58,289 nucleotides of DNA from Bacteroidota bacterium (GCA_040901865.1 JBBDYD010000136.1:29912-88200); one strand, 5' to 3'; counted from the first letter of the stretch, positions 19,179 through 29,198 are shown. Notes: generated from the sequence alone by a model not told the origin. Translations and numbers: made by a program.

Positions 19179-20393
19179 ATGAAGTGGATTGCCTACATTT
19201 CCCTCGTTGCGTGTGTTGGTTGCGCGCAACAAGGTGTGAAAGATGCTCCCAGCGGGAAGCCGTGGTCCGAACGGATCGCGGCTTCTTTCCTGGCGCGGTA
19301 TCCTGATGCCGTTCCGTATAACGCCGGCAATCCGGAGTTGCGATGGAACTATGAACAGGGATTGATGTTTGTCGGATTCCTCCGTCTCACCGACGCAACT
19401 GGGAACCGGATGTATGCCGATGTTGTCCGCAAGAATCTCGACCTCTATGTGGGAGATGACGGGTCGATCAGAACGTATAAGAAGAGTGACTATAATCTGG
19501 ACATGATCGCATCCGGCAGGGCGTTGTTGAGCACCTACCGAACCACCGGCAATCCAAAGTACCGTGCGGCGGCTGACACGCTGAGAAGCCAGCTGCGGGA
19601 GCAGCCGCGGACAGCGTCCGGCGGATTCTGGCACAAAAAGGTTTATCCGGATCAGATGTGGCTTGACGGGATCTTCATGGCCGAGCCGTTCTACACAGAG
19701 TACTCCGTACTGACGGGCGATACAGCGGCGTTTGCGGACATTGCGCATCAGATCCTGCTCCTTGAGCAGAAAGCGCGGGATTCGAAGACCGGACTGATCT
19801 ACCATGGCTGGGATGAAAGCAAGAATCAGCAATGGGCGAATCCGGAAACCGGCGTCTCTCCGAATATTTGGGGAAGAGCGCTGGGATGGTACGCAATGGG
19901 GATTCTCGATGTGCTTGATTCGTTTCCGGAGAATCACCGGAGCCGCAAGGATCTGATCGCCGTGTTTCAACGGCTTTCAGCCGCATTGATCAATTTTCAG
20001 GATCCCAAAACAGGTTTGTGGCACCAGGTTGTTGATCAACCCGGAAGAGAAGGCAATTATCTCGAGGCCTCAGCATCAGCGATGTTCACGTATGCTCTGG
20101 CAAAGGGGGTGCGGAAAGGATATCTGGACGCAAAATACGAGGCCCATGCACGAAGGGCGTTCAACGGGATTCTTACAGAGTTTGTCACTGAAAACGAACA
20201 GGGGTTGGTCGATCTCCATCATGTGTGTGCTGTTGCGGGATTGGGCGGGAATCCCTATCGAGACGGGAGTTACCAGTACTACGTCGGCGAGCCGAGGCGA
20301 ACGAATGATTTCAAGGGAGTCGGACCGTTCCTCCTGGCAGCAATGGAAATCGAGAAGCTGGATAATAGGAAGGAGAAGTCACCACCTCCATGA
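19179..20393 (+). CDS. Unsaturated rhamnogalacturonyl hydrolase (GH105, YteR/YesR-like)
   Basis: 404 aa. W.YE.G......L...TG, GGFWHKK.YP.QMWLDG.FM and WGRA.GW blocks are typical of GH105/GH88-fold hydrolases. Confidence 0.8.
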   Translation: MKWIAYISLVACVGCAQQGVKDAPSGKPWSERIAASFLARYPDAVPYNAGNPELRWNYEQGLMFVGFLRLTDATGNRMYADVVRKNLDLYVGDDGSIRTYKKSDYNLDMIASGRALLSTYRTTGNPKYRAAADTLRSQLREQPRTASGGFWHKKVYPDQMWLDGIFMAEPFYTEYSVLTGDTAAFADIAHQILLLEQKARDSKTGLIYHGWDESKNQQWANPETGVSPNIWGRALGWYAMGILDVLDSFPENHRSRKDLIAVFQRLSAALINFQDPKTGLWHQVVDQPGREGNYLEASASAMFTYALAKGVRKGYLDAKYEAHARRAFNGILTEFVTENEQGLVDLHHVCAVAGLGGNPYRDGSYQYYVGEPRRTNDFKGVGPFLLAAMEIEKLDNRKEKSPPP

Positions 20394-21475
20394 AGAAACA
20401 ACGGCAGCGCGGGTTTCAGATAACGCTGGATGATATAGCAGAAAAACTCGGTGTTTCAAAAGTCTCAGTCTCAAAGGCACTGCGCGGCCACCCCGACATT
20501 TCCGCCGAAACAGCCTCAAAGATAAAAGAAACCGCACGCAAGCTCGGGTATTCACCAAACTTCATGGCGCGCAATCTTTCCTCCCGGCAGACCAACACCA
20601 TCGGCGTGGTTGTTCCCAAGATCGCACACCACTTTTTTGCCTCCGTCATCGAGGGGATCTACGACGCTGCCCTGCAGAACGGCTACGAGGTCATGCTCAC
20701 CGTGTCGCAGGAGAGTTCAGAGCGGGAGTTGCGGCATGTGAATTCTCTTCTCTCGATGCGGGTGGACGGATTGATCGTCTCCGTTTCCCAGCAGACGCGC
20801 GATTACACCGTGTTTGAGCATATCCGGGATATGGGGATGCCGTTGACCTTCATGGACCGCGTTCCGCCCATCAACGGATTTAACACGGTCGTAGCGGATG
20901 ACCGAGGGGGTGCGTTTGCCGCGACAGAACACATTTTAAATCTGGGATATCGGAAGATTGCGCACCTCGGAGGTTACCAGTATACGAGCATCGGGAAGGA
21001 GCGGGGCAGGGGATTTCTCGATGCAATGAAGAAGCGTGGGGTGAAGGTCCGCAAAGACTGGGTGGTGTACGGCGGATTTGACGAGAGCGAGGGGTACAAG
21101 GGATTCAAGGCGCTGTATGCGACCGGCGAACTGCCCGAAGTGATTTTCGCTGTGACGTTTCCGGTGGCGATTGGAGTTTACCGCGCCGTACAGGAAATGG
21201 GCATGAAGATTCCCGACGACGTCGACATTATTTGCTTCGGCAACAGCGGATTGAATCATCTGTTGTCTCCTTCCATGAGTTACGTGGAACAGCCGACGGC
21301 GGACCTGGGTCGAAGGGCTTTTGAAGTTACGTTGGAGAGCATCAGGAACAAGGGAACCCTTCCGCCGCAACATATCAAACTTCCAACGTCGCTCGTGCTT
21401 AATGAAACATGTACGAAGAAGAGCCAAGGCTCCTCGCGAGCCTGGCTGGGATCGCTGGGAAGGAAAGGGGCGTGA
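20390..21475 (+). CDS. LacI family transcriptional regulator
   Basis: N-terminal HTH ITLDDIAEKLGVSKVSVSKALRG.P.IS.ET...I...A.KLGY.PN..ARNL, followed by a periplasmic-binding-protein-like sugar-binding fold. Confidence 0.9.
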   Translation: MKKQRQRGFQITLDDIAEKLGVSKVSVSKALRGHPDISAETASKIKETARKLGYSPNFMARNLSSRQTNTIGVVVPKIAHHFFASVIEGIYDAALQNGYEVMLTVSQESSERELRHVNSLLSMRVDGLIVSVSQQTRDYTVFEHIRDMGMPLTFMDRVPPINGFNTVVADDRGGAFAATEHILNLGYRKIAHLGGYQYTSIGKERGRGFLDAMKKRGVKVRKDWVVYGGFDESEGYKGFKALYATGELPEVIFAVTFPVAIGVYRAVQEMGMKIPDDVDIICFGNSGLNHLLSPSMSYVEQPTADLGRRAFEVTLESIRNKGTLPPQHIKLPTSLVLNETCTKKSQGSSRAWLGSLGRKGA

Positions 21476-21501
21476 CAGTAGGAGGAGATTGGAAGCCGGA
21501 G

Positions 21502-21571
21502 GTCAGAGGTCAGAAGTCAGAAGTCAGAGGTCAGAAGTCAGAGGTCAGAAGTCAGAGGTCAGAAGTCGGAA
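21502..21571. repeat. Heptanucleotide tandem array (RGTCAGA)10
   Basis: Ten consecutive units of GGTCAGA/AGTCAGA, with the last unit AGTCGGA. Lies between the LacI stop and the receptor start. Confidence 0.95.
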
Positions 21572-21653
21572 ACAAGAGGGTCGATACTGTTACGGACAGC
21601 AGCATGATCCCCGGAGAAGTTTGGAAGTTCTCAACATCGGAATAAAGGACACC

Positions 21654-24641
21654 ATGTCAGGTGTGACACATATGAATGGGTACAGGCTGTTTTGGAGTTT
21701 GATACTGTTCGGAATTCTCAGTCCAACTCCCGCTCAGTCGCAGATCGTCAAGGGAACCGTCAGGGATTCGCTTGACGGAACGACGCTTGTCGGGGCTAAC
21801 GTGTTCGCCCTCGGAACCGCCATCGGCGCCGCGACGGACCGCGAAGGCCAATTCAGGATCAGCGGACTCCCGCCCGGGCCGTATACGATCAGGATCTCGT
21901 ATATGGGATACAGAATGAAAGAGGAATCGGTGATGATCGGGTTGGACGATGTTGTGCTGAATGTTTATCTGCTGCCCGATATCCTGGAATCCGAAGAGGT
22001 CGTGATCACGGCGCAACTCCGGGGCCAGATGGCAGCGATCAATCAACAGATCACATCCAACACGATCGTCAGCATAATTTCGGAAGAGAAGATCAAGGAA
22101 TTGCCGGACGCGAACGCGGCAGAAGCGATCGGTCGGCTGCCGGGTGTCTCGATTCTCCGTGCCGGGGGCGAAGCGAACAAGGTCATTCTGCGGGGACTGG
22201 AGGACAAGTTTACATCATTTACGATCGATGGCATCAAAATTCCCCCCACGGATGCAATAGGCAGGGGTGTGGATCTGAGCATGTTGTCGCAGAGTTCGTT
22301 GTCGGGGGTGGAGCTGTACAAAGCACTAACACCAGACATGGACGGAGACGCGCTGGCGGGAAGCATCAATTTGGTAACGCGAAAAGCTCCGGAGACGAGG
22401 AACATCAAGGCAGACCTGAAGGGCGATTACAACCGTCTTATGCATTCTGCGGGTCAGTACATCCTCTCCCTCCACTACGGCGAGCGGTTTCTTGACAATC
22501 TTCTTGGTGTTCAGGTCACAGGAAATCTCGAGAAGCGAATACGGAGTAATGAGCGGATCAACGTGGACTACGGACAGCAAGACCTGCCGAACTACTTCAT
22601 CGATAATTTCCTCCTTGAGTTTACCGATGAAACGCGGAAACGGGACGGACTCAGCGTTCTGCTGGACCTGAACACACCCGACGATGGTACGATCCGGATC
22701 AGCAACGTCTTCGGAAGGACGCGACGCGATTTTTTTTCGTACATCCGTGATTACCCGTCCAATAACGGAGGCAATGAGGGCGGATTTCCCGCCTACACGT
22801 ATCGCGACAGGGAACTCGAGATACGCACCTTCAACAGTTCGGTGAGCGGAGATAACAACCTCTTCAACTTGTCCGTCAAATGGAGCCTGTCCTTTGCCGA
22901 GTCACAATCGTTCTATCCCTTCGACTATCAGATGATCTTTGTCGAGCCATCTGGTATGAATCCCTCTCCTCAGGTTCAATCGAACCCTGCACAGCTGATA
23001 AACTATGCGGTGAACGATTTTGCAACTTCCGCCCTGAAATGGCAATACTACCGTTCGCAGGACAATTTCGATAAGGAGAGGACCGGGGCCCTGAGTGTTG
23101 CAAAGAAATATTTTTACGGCAAAATGATCTCAGGGGAATTGAAGGTCGGAGGAAAATTCCGTGTGAAAGAGCGGTCCAATGCGCGAAGGGAAGACTTAAC
23201 GCCGTATTACCTCGGTCGATGGCAGACACACGAGGGGATGCCGGACGGGTCGATTGTGCCGAAGGACTTCACCGGAACGGCATTTGAAGAGTGGCTGGAT
23301 GCAGGGGGTGGAGCAGTCGCCCTGAGTTACTTCCTCGCCTCGAATCCCGATAAGAGAAATATTTACGGCTCCTATTCCTTGAATCCCATGCTGATCAGGG
23401 ACCGGCTGCGGCAGTGGTGGGAATTGAACAAAAACGGTATGAATTCAAACGGAACCCAGCTGGAAGTGTGGATTAATCCGCTGATCCGATATGATGATCA
23501 TTTTGTCACGGAGAGGGTGGGAGCGGCCTATGTCATGAATACGCTGAATGTCGGGCAGACATTGACCGTCATCGCCGGATTGCGTCTCGAAAAGGAATTC
23601 AGCGACTATCAATCCACGTTCATGCCAAAACCGGTGGCGGGTTTTCCCGTCCCGGCGACCTCGATCACCGATACAACTTCTTCTTATCAGCAGACGGTTG
23701 CTCTCCCGAATATCAACATCTCATTCAAGCCGTTTGACTTCATGAATCTCCGCCTTGCCGCCTACAAAGCCATCGGGAGGCCCGATTTCAACATGCGGCT
23801 TAATCGGTTCATTGCGGGCCGTCCGGCGGAATCCACGACTCAACACCAGATCTATGTCGGCAACGTGAACCTGAAGACCTCAGAGGCGTGGAATTTTGAA
23901 ATCAACCCGACGTTCATTGACGAATCCTTTGGCCTGATCTCCGTTTCCGCCTACTATAAAGAGATCAGTGACATGTACCACATGCTGAACAATTTCAACA
24001 CCGAAGGTGACGGAATCCTGAACCATTTTGGCATCACCTGGCGGAGTCAACTGGGCACGACAGCCTATAACCTTACGCTCCCGTATAACTCGCCGAAACC
24101 GACAAAGGTATGGGGACTCGAATTCGAACATCAGATGAATTTCACTTTTCTTCCCGAGCCGCTGAACAACTTTATCCTCACCTACAATGCGTCCATCGTC
24201 GGATCGGAGACCTGGTTGTACGGATCCCAGACGATCACGTACTACGACTCGTCGGGCCCTTTTCCTGTGCCGAAAGCGATGAATATCCTGGTGGAACGAA
24301 AACAGAAGCTGGAAGGGATGCCGGAGTTTTTTGGGAATATTGCCTTGGGATATGACCTGGGTGGTTTTTCCGCGCGCGTGTCCGTCTTTCATCAGGGGAA
24401 ACACAATCTATCTTTTTCGGCGAGCGGTCTGAGCGACCGCTTGACAAACGCATTCACGCGGGTCGACCTCGCGCTCAAACAACGATTCCTCGACCACTTT
24501 GTTCTGTATCTGAACGTGAACAATATCACCGATATCGAGGACGGTTCTTCGATCGAAAACCGTGTTTACTCCCGCAACTTGTTCGACCAGAGCGAACAAT
24601 ACGGCTTGACGGCAGATTTTGGCATCACGTTTGAGCTCTAA
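21654..24641 (+). CDS. TonB-dependent receptor with carboxypeptidase regulatory-like N-domain
   Basis: After the signal peptide: IVKGTVRDSLDGTTLVGANVFALGTAIGAATDREGQFRISGLPPGPYTIRISYMGY, then plug (ELPDANAAEAIGRLPGVS) and barrel ending in F. Start placed after the repeat array. ATG 21672 is an alternative start. Confidence 0.85.
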   Translation: MSGVTHMNGYRLFWSLILFGILSPTPAQSQIVKGTVRDSLDGTTLVGANVFALGTAIGAATDREGQFRISGLPPGPYTIRISYMGYRMKEESVMIGLDDVVLNVYLLPDILESEEVVITAQLRGQMAAINQQITSNTIVSIISEEKIKELPDANAAEAIGRLPGVSILRAGGEANKVILRGLEDKFTSFTIDGIKIPPTDAIGRGVDLSMLSQSSLSGVELYKALTPDMDGDALAGSINLVTRKAPETRNIKADLKGDYNRLMHSAGQYILSLHYGERFLDNLLGVQVTGNLEKRIRSNERINVDYGQQDLPNYFIDNFLLEFTDETRKRDGLSVLLDLNTPDDGTIRISNVFGRTRRDFFSYIRDYPSNNGGNEGGFPAYTYRDRELEIRTFNSSVSGDNNLFNLSVKWSLSFAESQSFYPFDYQMIFVEPSGMNPSPQVQSNPAQLINYAVNDFATSALKWQYYRSQDNFDKERTGALSVAKKYFYGKMISGELKVGGKFRVKERSNARREDLTPYYLGRWQTHEGMPDGSIVPKDFTGTAFEEWLDAGGGAVALSYFLASNPDKRNIYGSYSLNPMLIRDRLRQWWELNKNGMNSNGTQLEVWINPLIRYDDHFVTERVGAAYVMNTLNVGQTLTVIAGLRLEKEFSDYQSTFMPKPVAGFPVPATSITDTTSSYQQTVALPNINISFKPFDFMNLRLAAYKAIGRPDFNMRLNRFIAGRPAESTTQHQIYVGNVNLKTSEAWNFEINPTFIDESFGLISVSAYYKEISDMYHMLNNFNTEGDGILNHFGITWRSQLGTTAYNLTLPYNSPKPTKVWGLEFEHQMNFTFLPEPLNNFILTYNASIVGSETWLYGSQTITYYDSSGPFPVPKAMNILVERKQKLEGMPEFFGNIALGYDLGGFSARVSVFHQGKHNLSFSASGLSDRLTNAFTRVDLALKQRFLDHFVLYLNVNNITDIEDGSSIENRVYSRNLFDQSEQYGLTADFGITFEL

Positions 24642-24714
24642 CGTATCGTACTACAATATGCAATTCACTAAATCCACTCACAGGTTTCACCGTCACCATT
24701 ACAGGGAGGTAACT

Positions 24715-26412
24715 ATGAACCTTCGAACAACGGTTCTAGCCTTCGCGTCTGTTCTCCTGTTGTGCGCTTTCGTTACGGCGCAGGAGAGCGTTTTGACGCT
24801 TCTTCCGTACAACGGGCAGCCCTACACATTCATCGATGCCCAATTTGCGGCCGATACGACATTGACCAGTGGGTTATTGGCCAATCGCGTGTACGAACTG
24901 AAGCGCGATTCCCTTTACCTGAGCCGCGCCATCATCACGATTCAGTCCGGGCAGACGCTCCGGATCAGGGGTGCCGTAGGGGCTGGAAAGAGACCCATCA
25001 TCTATCTCTATGATACCGGAACCGGAACCAGTCCCACGCGTCCCCCCGGCAATTTTGCCGTGCTGAACGGCGGAAGCCTTGAATTTAGGAACTTCGCCAT
25101 CGCCGGGTACTACGAGATCGATCCGACGGAAATCGGCGGAGTACAGGGCGGATTGATTAACACGACCGCGGTCTCGCCTTCCATTGTCGTTGACAGCGTC
25201 ATTTTCTCCAATATCAACGGCCAGCACATTCGAACAGGATTCAATATCACTACCGTCAAGGTTACGAATACGATCTTTGCCAATATGGGCGCTCTCTCGA
25301 CATCGAATCTGGGTGCCGGCAAAGGTATTGATTTGCGCGAAGCAACGCTCGATACGCTGATCGTGCAGAATTGCACGTTTGTCAATTATCAGGACCGCGC
25401 AATCAGGCATTACAACTTCAATTTTCCACAAACGGGAACCGGACCGATCATGTACGGTCTGATCGATCATAACACGTTTGTCAACGGGATGGGTTTCCAC
25501 GGTCTGCTTTCGCTGGGGAACGTTGGTACAACCATTTCTGTGACGAACAACCTGTTCGTTGACGGATTCGCGCTCGGCGAGGACTCAACGGACGCGACAC
25601 GGGCGGCGGAGTGGGCGAACACCGGTGAGGTCTATGCGTCCAACGGACAAAACAGGATCACATGGATCTTCTCGGCGCCGAACGACACAACGCAATGGCG
25701 GATCTGGAACAACATGTACGCGATCTCTGATTCGGGCACCGCATTCCTCACGGATTTTGAGTATCCGGTTGGGTCGCCGCTCTCGTGGCACATCAATACC
25801 CGGCTTGACATGCAGGGAATGGATACCACAACCACGTTTCTCCCTGTCACGCTGACCCTTACCAATACTCCGCGCCTCATGACTAACATGATGCGGTGGT
25901 ACGAGGATCCGGCCGGTGGGGGCAGGATCAAGAACCAGACAAACTATGTACTGGCAAGAGATGACTTCGACCGCAGGGTGATCCAGTACTACCGTGATAC
26001 CCTCAGTGCCGCATATTCCACCGGCTCGATCGCCTATACAGGAGCCTTCGGCGGTTACCCGGTTGGTGATTTGAACTGGTTCCCCTCAAAATACACTGAA
26101 TGGAGGAGCGACCCGGTCAGCAATGTACCCCGGACCTCGAACCTCCCGGAATCATTCGTGGTGACCCAGAATTATCCGAACCCATTCAATCCGGGGACCA
26201 CGTTTGACTTCGAGCTTCTGAAACGGGATCAGGTCATTGTCAAAATCTTCGATCTGCTGGGACGTGAACTGGCCACACTCGTGAATGAAGTCAGGGCACC
26301 CGGCCCACACAGGATCACGTGGGATGCTTCCGGATATCCCAGCGGTGTTTATCTTTATAGAATTCAGGTCGGTCAGGACATTCAGACGAAACGAATGACG
26401 CTGATCAAGTAA
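24715..26412 (+). CDS. Secreted parallel beta-helix-like protein with T9SS C-terminal sorting domain, unknown function
   Basis: Start MNLRTTV, preceded by AGGGAGG. Signal peptide. Repeated short turns (V.N.IF.N, IVQNCTFVN, I.HNTFVNG, SVTNNLFVDG). C-terminus TQNYPNPFNPGTTFDF...GVYLYRI. Confidence 0.6.
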   Translation: MNLRTTVLAFASVLLLCAFVTAQESVLTLLPYNGQPYTFIDAQFAADTTLTSGLLANRVYELKRDSLYLSRAIITIQSGQTLRIRGAVGAGKRPIIYLYDTGTGTSPTRPPGNFAVLNGGSLEFRNFAIAGYYEIDPTEIGGVQGGLINTTAVSPSIVVDSVIFSNINGQHIRTGFNITTVKVTNTIFANMGALSTSNLGAGKGIDLREATLDTLIVQNCTFVNYQDRAIRHYNFNFPQTGTGPIMYGLIDHNTFVNGMGFHGLLSLGNVGTTISVTNNLFVDGFALGEDSTDATRAAEWANTGEVYASNGQNRITWIFSAPNDTTQWRIWNNMYAISDSGTAFLTDFEYPVGSPLSWHINTRLDMQGMDTTTTFLPVTLTLTNTPRLMTNMMRWYEDPAGGGRIKNQTNYVLARDDFDRRVIQYYRDTLSAAYSTGSIAYTGAFGGYPVGDLNWFPSKYTEWRSDPVSNVPRTSNLPESFVVTQNYPNPFNPGTTFDFELLKRDQVIVKIFDLLGRELATLVNEVRAPGPHRITWDASGYPSGVYLYRIQVGQDIQTKRMTLIK

Positions 26413-26517
26413 GGACGATACAACTTCTGCGTCGGCCGGGGGTCGAACCTCCGGCCGGTGCAGATGTATTCTGATGCATACGTGTACAGTTCTTCCTATT
26501 TTGAACAAAGAGTAATA

Positions 26518-27732
26518 ATGACGATGGGGCTCAACATGTTCTTCCGCATCCTTGCCTGTTGCCTCGCTACAACCGCAGCACGGGGACAGGAACTCGAAAT
26601 CCTTGTAACGAATCCGTACAATGTCCGTCGAGCGAACGAACCCGTTGTCGTTCCCTACGTGGAGATTCAAAAGAATGTACCAACGGACCTCGCCAGGAAA
26701 CTCCGGCTCCTGGACGAAAGCAACCGGTCCATGGCATTTCAAGTGGACGATCTGGATGGAAACGGTTCACCGGACGAATTTGTGTTTGTAGCAGACTTTG
26801 CCCCAAATCAGGACCGGCGATTCGTGTTAACGTCCGGTGCCGATTCGCTCGCGCTTCCCGCGGGTCCATTCCGGACGGATGTTGCAAACTTCAAGCGGAT
26901 CGGAGGAGTTTCCGTGTCTGTGGACGATGACGACGGGCCGGGAACATTGCGGAGTCAGGGTCAATATCCGTTCGACGGTGTCGGATGGGAATCGGAGGTT
27001 ATCGGTTACCGTCTCTATCTGGATGAACGGAATGCGGTTGACATTCAGGCGAAGAAAATTCCCGGACTTCATTGGGCGTACATCGGCAATACGGGAGTGA
27101 ACTATCAGTTGGATGCGTATTGGGGGATGGATCCGCTCCATGTCGGCGGGGCCCTGGGGATCGGGGGAATGGGGTTCTGGATCAAAGACGCTGTGAATCA
27201 TCCGATGAGGCTTGATCGCCGTCGCTGCCGCGTCATTGCACGCGGGCCTGTTCGCGCCGTTGCACGCGTGGACTATGACGGCTGGGATATCGGAGGGGAA
27301 AAAGTTGATGTCACATCGTTGTTCGTCATCTATGGCGGAGATCGAATGACCGAGCACCGCGTGATGCTTCGGTCCGCCGCACCGAGAACGATCGCCGTCG
27401 GTATCGTAAAACATGCACACGCACGGGCCTCCTGGGATCCGGCCGCAGCGACCATGTTCACGGTTGGGGCACAATCGAGAACGAACGACTCGCTCCTGAT
27501 GGCGCTTACGTTCGATCCGGCCGCCGTTGTCAGGAAGACAGAAGACAAAGCGAATCACCTTGTATTGCTTCGCCTCGATAAGAACACGACGCTGAGATAT
27601 TTCATCTCGGCTTACTGGCAGGGCGAAACCGGGACAATGCTGAGCGAGTCCGGAACGAAGGATCTCCTGCAGACTATGAGGCGAAGATTGACCGAACCGC
27701 TTAACGTGCGGTTCATGAAACCACGACCATGA
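26518..27732 (+). CDS. DUF4861 domain protein
   Basis: Signal peptide. The GVGWESEVIGYRLYLDERNAVDIQAKK block matches my recollection of the DUF4861 family, which is commonly found in pectin and hexuronate loci. Confidence 0.6.
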   Translation: MTMGLNMFFRILACCLATTAARGQELEILVTNPYNVRRANEPVVVPYVEIQKNVPTDLARKLRLLDESNRSMAFQVDDLDGNGSPDEFVFVADFAPNQDRRFVLTSGADSLALPAGPFRTDVANFKRIGGVSVSVDDDDGPGTLRSQGQYPFDGVGWESEVIGYRLYLDERNAVDIQAKKIPGLHWAYIGNTGVNYQLDAYWGMDPLHVGGALGIGGMGFWIKDAVNHPMRLDRRRCRVIARGPVRAVARVDYDGWDIGGEKVDVTSLFVIYGGDRMTEHRVMLRSAAPRTIAVGIVKHAHARASWDPAAATMFTVGAQSRTNDSLLMALTFDPAAVVRKTEDKANHLVLLRLDKNTTLRYFISAYWQGETGTMLSESGTKDLLQTMRRRLTEPLNVRFMKPRP

Positions 27733-29198
27733 GCACACTATTCATTCATGAAGATATTCTGCTGGAAAACGGACGGGCAAAAGAACTCTATCATTCGGTT
27801 GCCAAGTCTCTTCCGATCATTGACTATCATTGTCACATTTCACCCAAAGACATAGCGGAGGACAGGCGGTTCCGCAACCTGACCGAGATCTGGCTTGCCG
27901 GCGACCATTACAAATGGCGGGCGATGCGGACCTGCGGCGTAAATGAACGCTTTATCACCGGAGGGGCGTCCGATTGGGAGAAATTCGAACAATGGGCGGA
28001 GACGGTTCCAAAGACGCTGCGCAATCCCCTCTATCATTGGACCCATTTTGAGCTGAAGAGGCCCTTCGGCATCGCCGATCGTCTTCTGAATCCCGAAACG
28101 GCAAAGAGCATCTGGCAAGAGTGCAACGCAATGCTTGGCACCCCGGAGTTTTCCACGCGCGGGATTCAGAAACAAATGAATGTCGAGATTGTCTGCACGA
28201 CCGACGATCCCGTCGATTCGCTCGAGGAACACAAGCAAATACGGGCGGCTCGTGAATTTCCGGTCCGAGTATACCCCTGTTTCCGCCCTGACAAGGCGAT
28301 GACGCCGGAGGATCCGAAACTCTTCCGGCAGTACGTCGGATTGCTCGAAGAGGCGGTGCGCGGGGATATTCGGACGTTCGATGATTACATCACGGCTCTG
28401 CGAAAACGCCACGAATACTTTCACCGTGCGGAATGCCGACTTTCGGACCACGGGCTGGAAACCGTCTATGCCGAGTCGTACACCGATCGGGATGTGAAGG
28501 CGATCTTCAGGAAACTGCGCCTAGGGCGGAAGATCACATCGCTTGAAGCCCTTAAATTCCGGTCCGCCATGCTGTACGAACTTGCCGTCATGGATTGGGA
28601 ACAGGGATGGACCCAGCAGTTTCACCTGGGCGCCCTGCGCAATACGAACGCAAGGGCCCACAGGGTCAACGGTCCCGACACCGGATACGACTCGATCGGC
28701 GATTTTGAGCAGGCGAGGCCCCTCGCCCGGTTTCTCAATCGGCTCGAATCGGAAGAGAAGCTCACGAAAACGATCCTCTATAATCTTAATCCTCGTGACA
28801 ACGAACTCTTTGCCTCCATGATCGGCAATTTCCAGGACGGCTCCGTTCCGGGGAAACTGCAGTACGGATCCGCATGGTGGTTCCTGGACCAGGCGGACGG
28901 CATGACCCGGCAGATCGATGCCCTTTCCAACATGGGCATTCTGAGCCAGTTTATCGGAATGCTGACGGATTCGCGAAGTCTGCTGTCGTATCCGAGGCAC
29001 GAGTACTTCCGGCGGCTCCTTTGCAACATCCTCGGCGGCGAAATGGAACGGGGATTGATCCCGAACGACTTGAACCTCGTCGGCGCGATGGTCCGAGACA
29101 TTTGCTACTTCAACGCAAAGCGCTATTTCAATTTTCCGGAACTTGAACACTCGGCGAGTAGTTCTGAACAACCGCGGCGGGTAGCCGCAACCTCATGA
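27729..29198 (+). CDS. uxaC: Glucuronate isomerase
   Basis: 489 aa. PIIDYHCHISPKDIAED..F.NLTEIWL.GDHYKWRAMR..GV is the canonical UxaC N-terminus. Confidence 0.92.
   Translation: MSTLFIHEDILLENGRAKELYHSVAKSLPIIDYHCHISPKDIAEDRRFRNLTEIWLAGDHYKWRAMRTCGVNERFITGGASDWEKFEQWAETVPKTLRNPLYHWTHFELKRPFGIADRLLNPETAKSIWQECNAMLGTPEFSTRGIQKQMNVEIVCTTDDPVDSLEEHKQIRAAREFPVRVYPCFRPDKAMTPEDPKLFRQYVGLLEEAVRGDIRTFDDYITALRKRHEYFHRAECRLSDHGLETVYAESYTDRDVKAIFRKLRLGRKITSLEALKFRSAMLYELAVMDWEQGWTQQFHLGALRNTNARAHRVNGPDTGYDSIGDFEQARPLARFLNRLESEEKLTKTILYNLNPRDNELFASMIGNFQDGSVPGKLQYGSAWWFLDQADGMTRQIDALSNMGILSQFIGMLTDSRSLLSYPRHEYFRRLLCNILGGEMERGLIPNDLNLVGAMVRDICYFNAKRYFNFPELEHSASSSEQPRRVAATS

Noticed and set aside
18225-19970. 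581-aa minus-strand ORF
   Set aside because: It is antisense to the T9SS cargo gene and GH105 and runs through the heptad array. It has an Arg-rich low-complexity composition typical of a GC-rich shadow frame.
21321-21653. N-terminal 111-aa extension of the TonB-dependent receptor ORF
   Set aside because: The extension overlaps the LacI gene 3' end and is translated from the RGTCAGA repeat array (SEVRGQKSEVR...). A proper signal peptide begins only after ATG 21654/21672.
26433-26457. GC-rich hairpin CGGCCGGGGG-TCGAA-CCTCCGGCCG resembling a tRNA T-arm or att remnant
   Set aside because: The loop is 5 nt rather than 7. No acceptor stem or CCA context exists and no adjacent integrase is present. 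It is more likely a simple stem-loop after the T9SS protein gene, and the lack of a U-tract keeps even the terminator call weak.
26827-27738. 303-aa minus-strand ORF
   Set aside because: Antisense to the DUF4861 gene, with no motif support.
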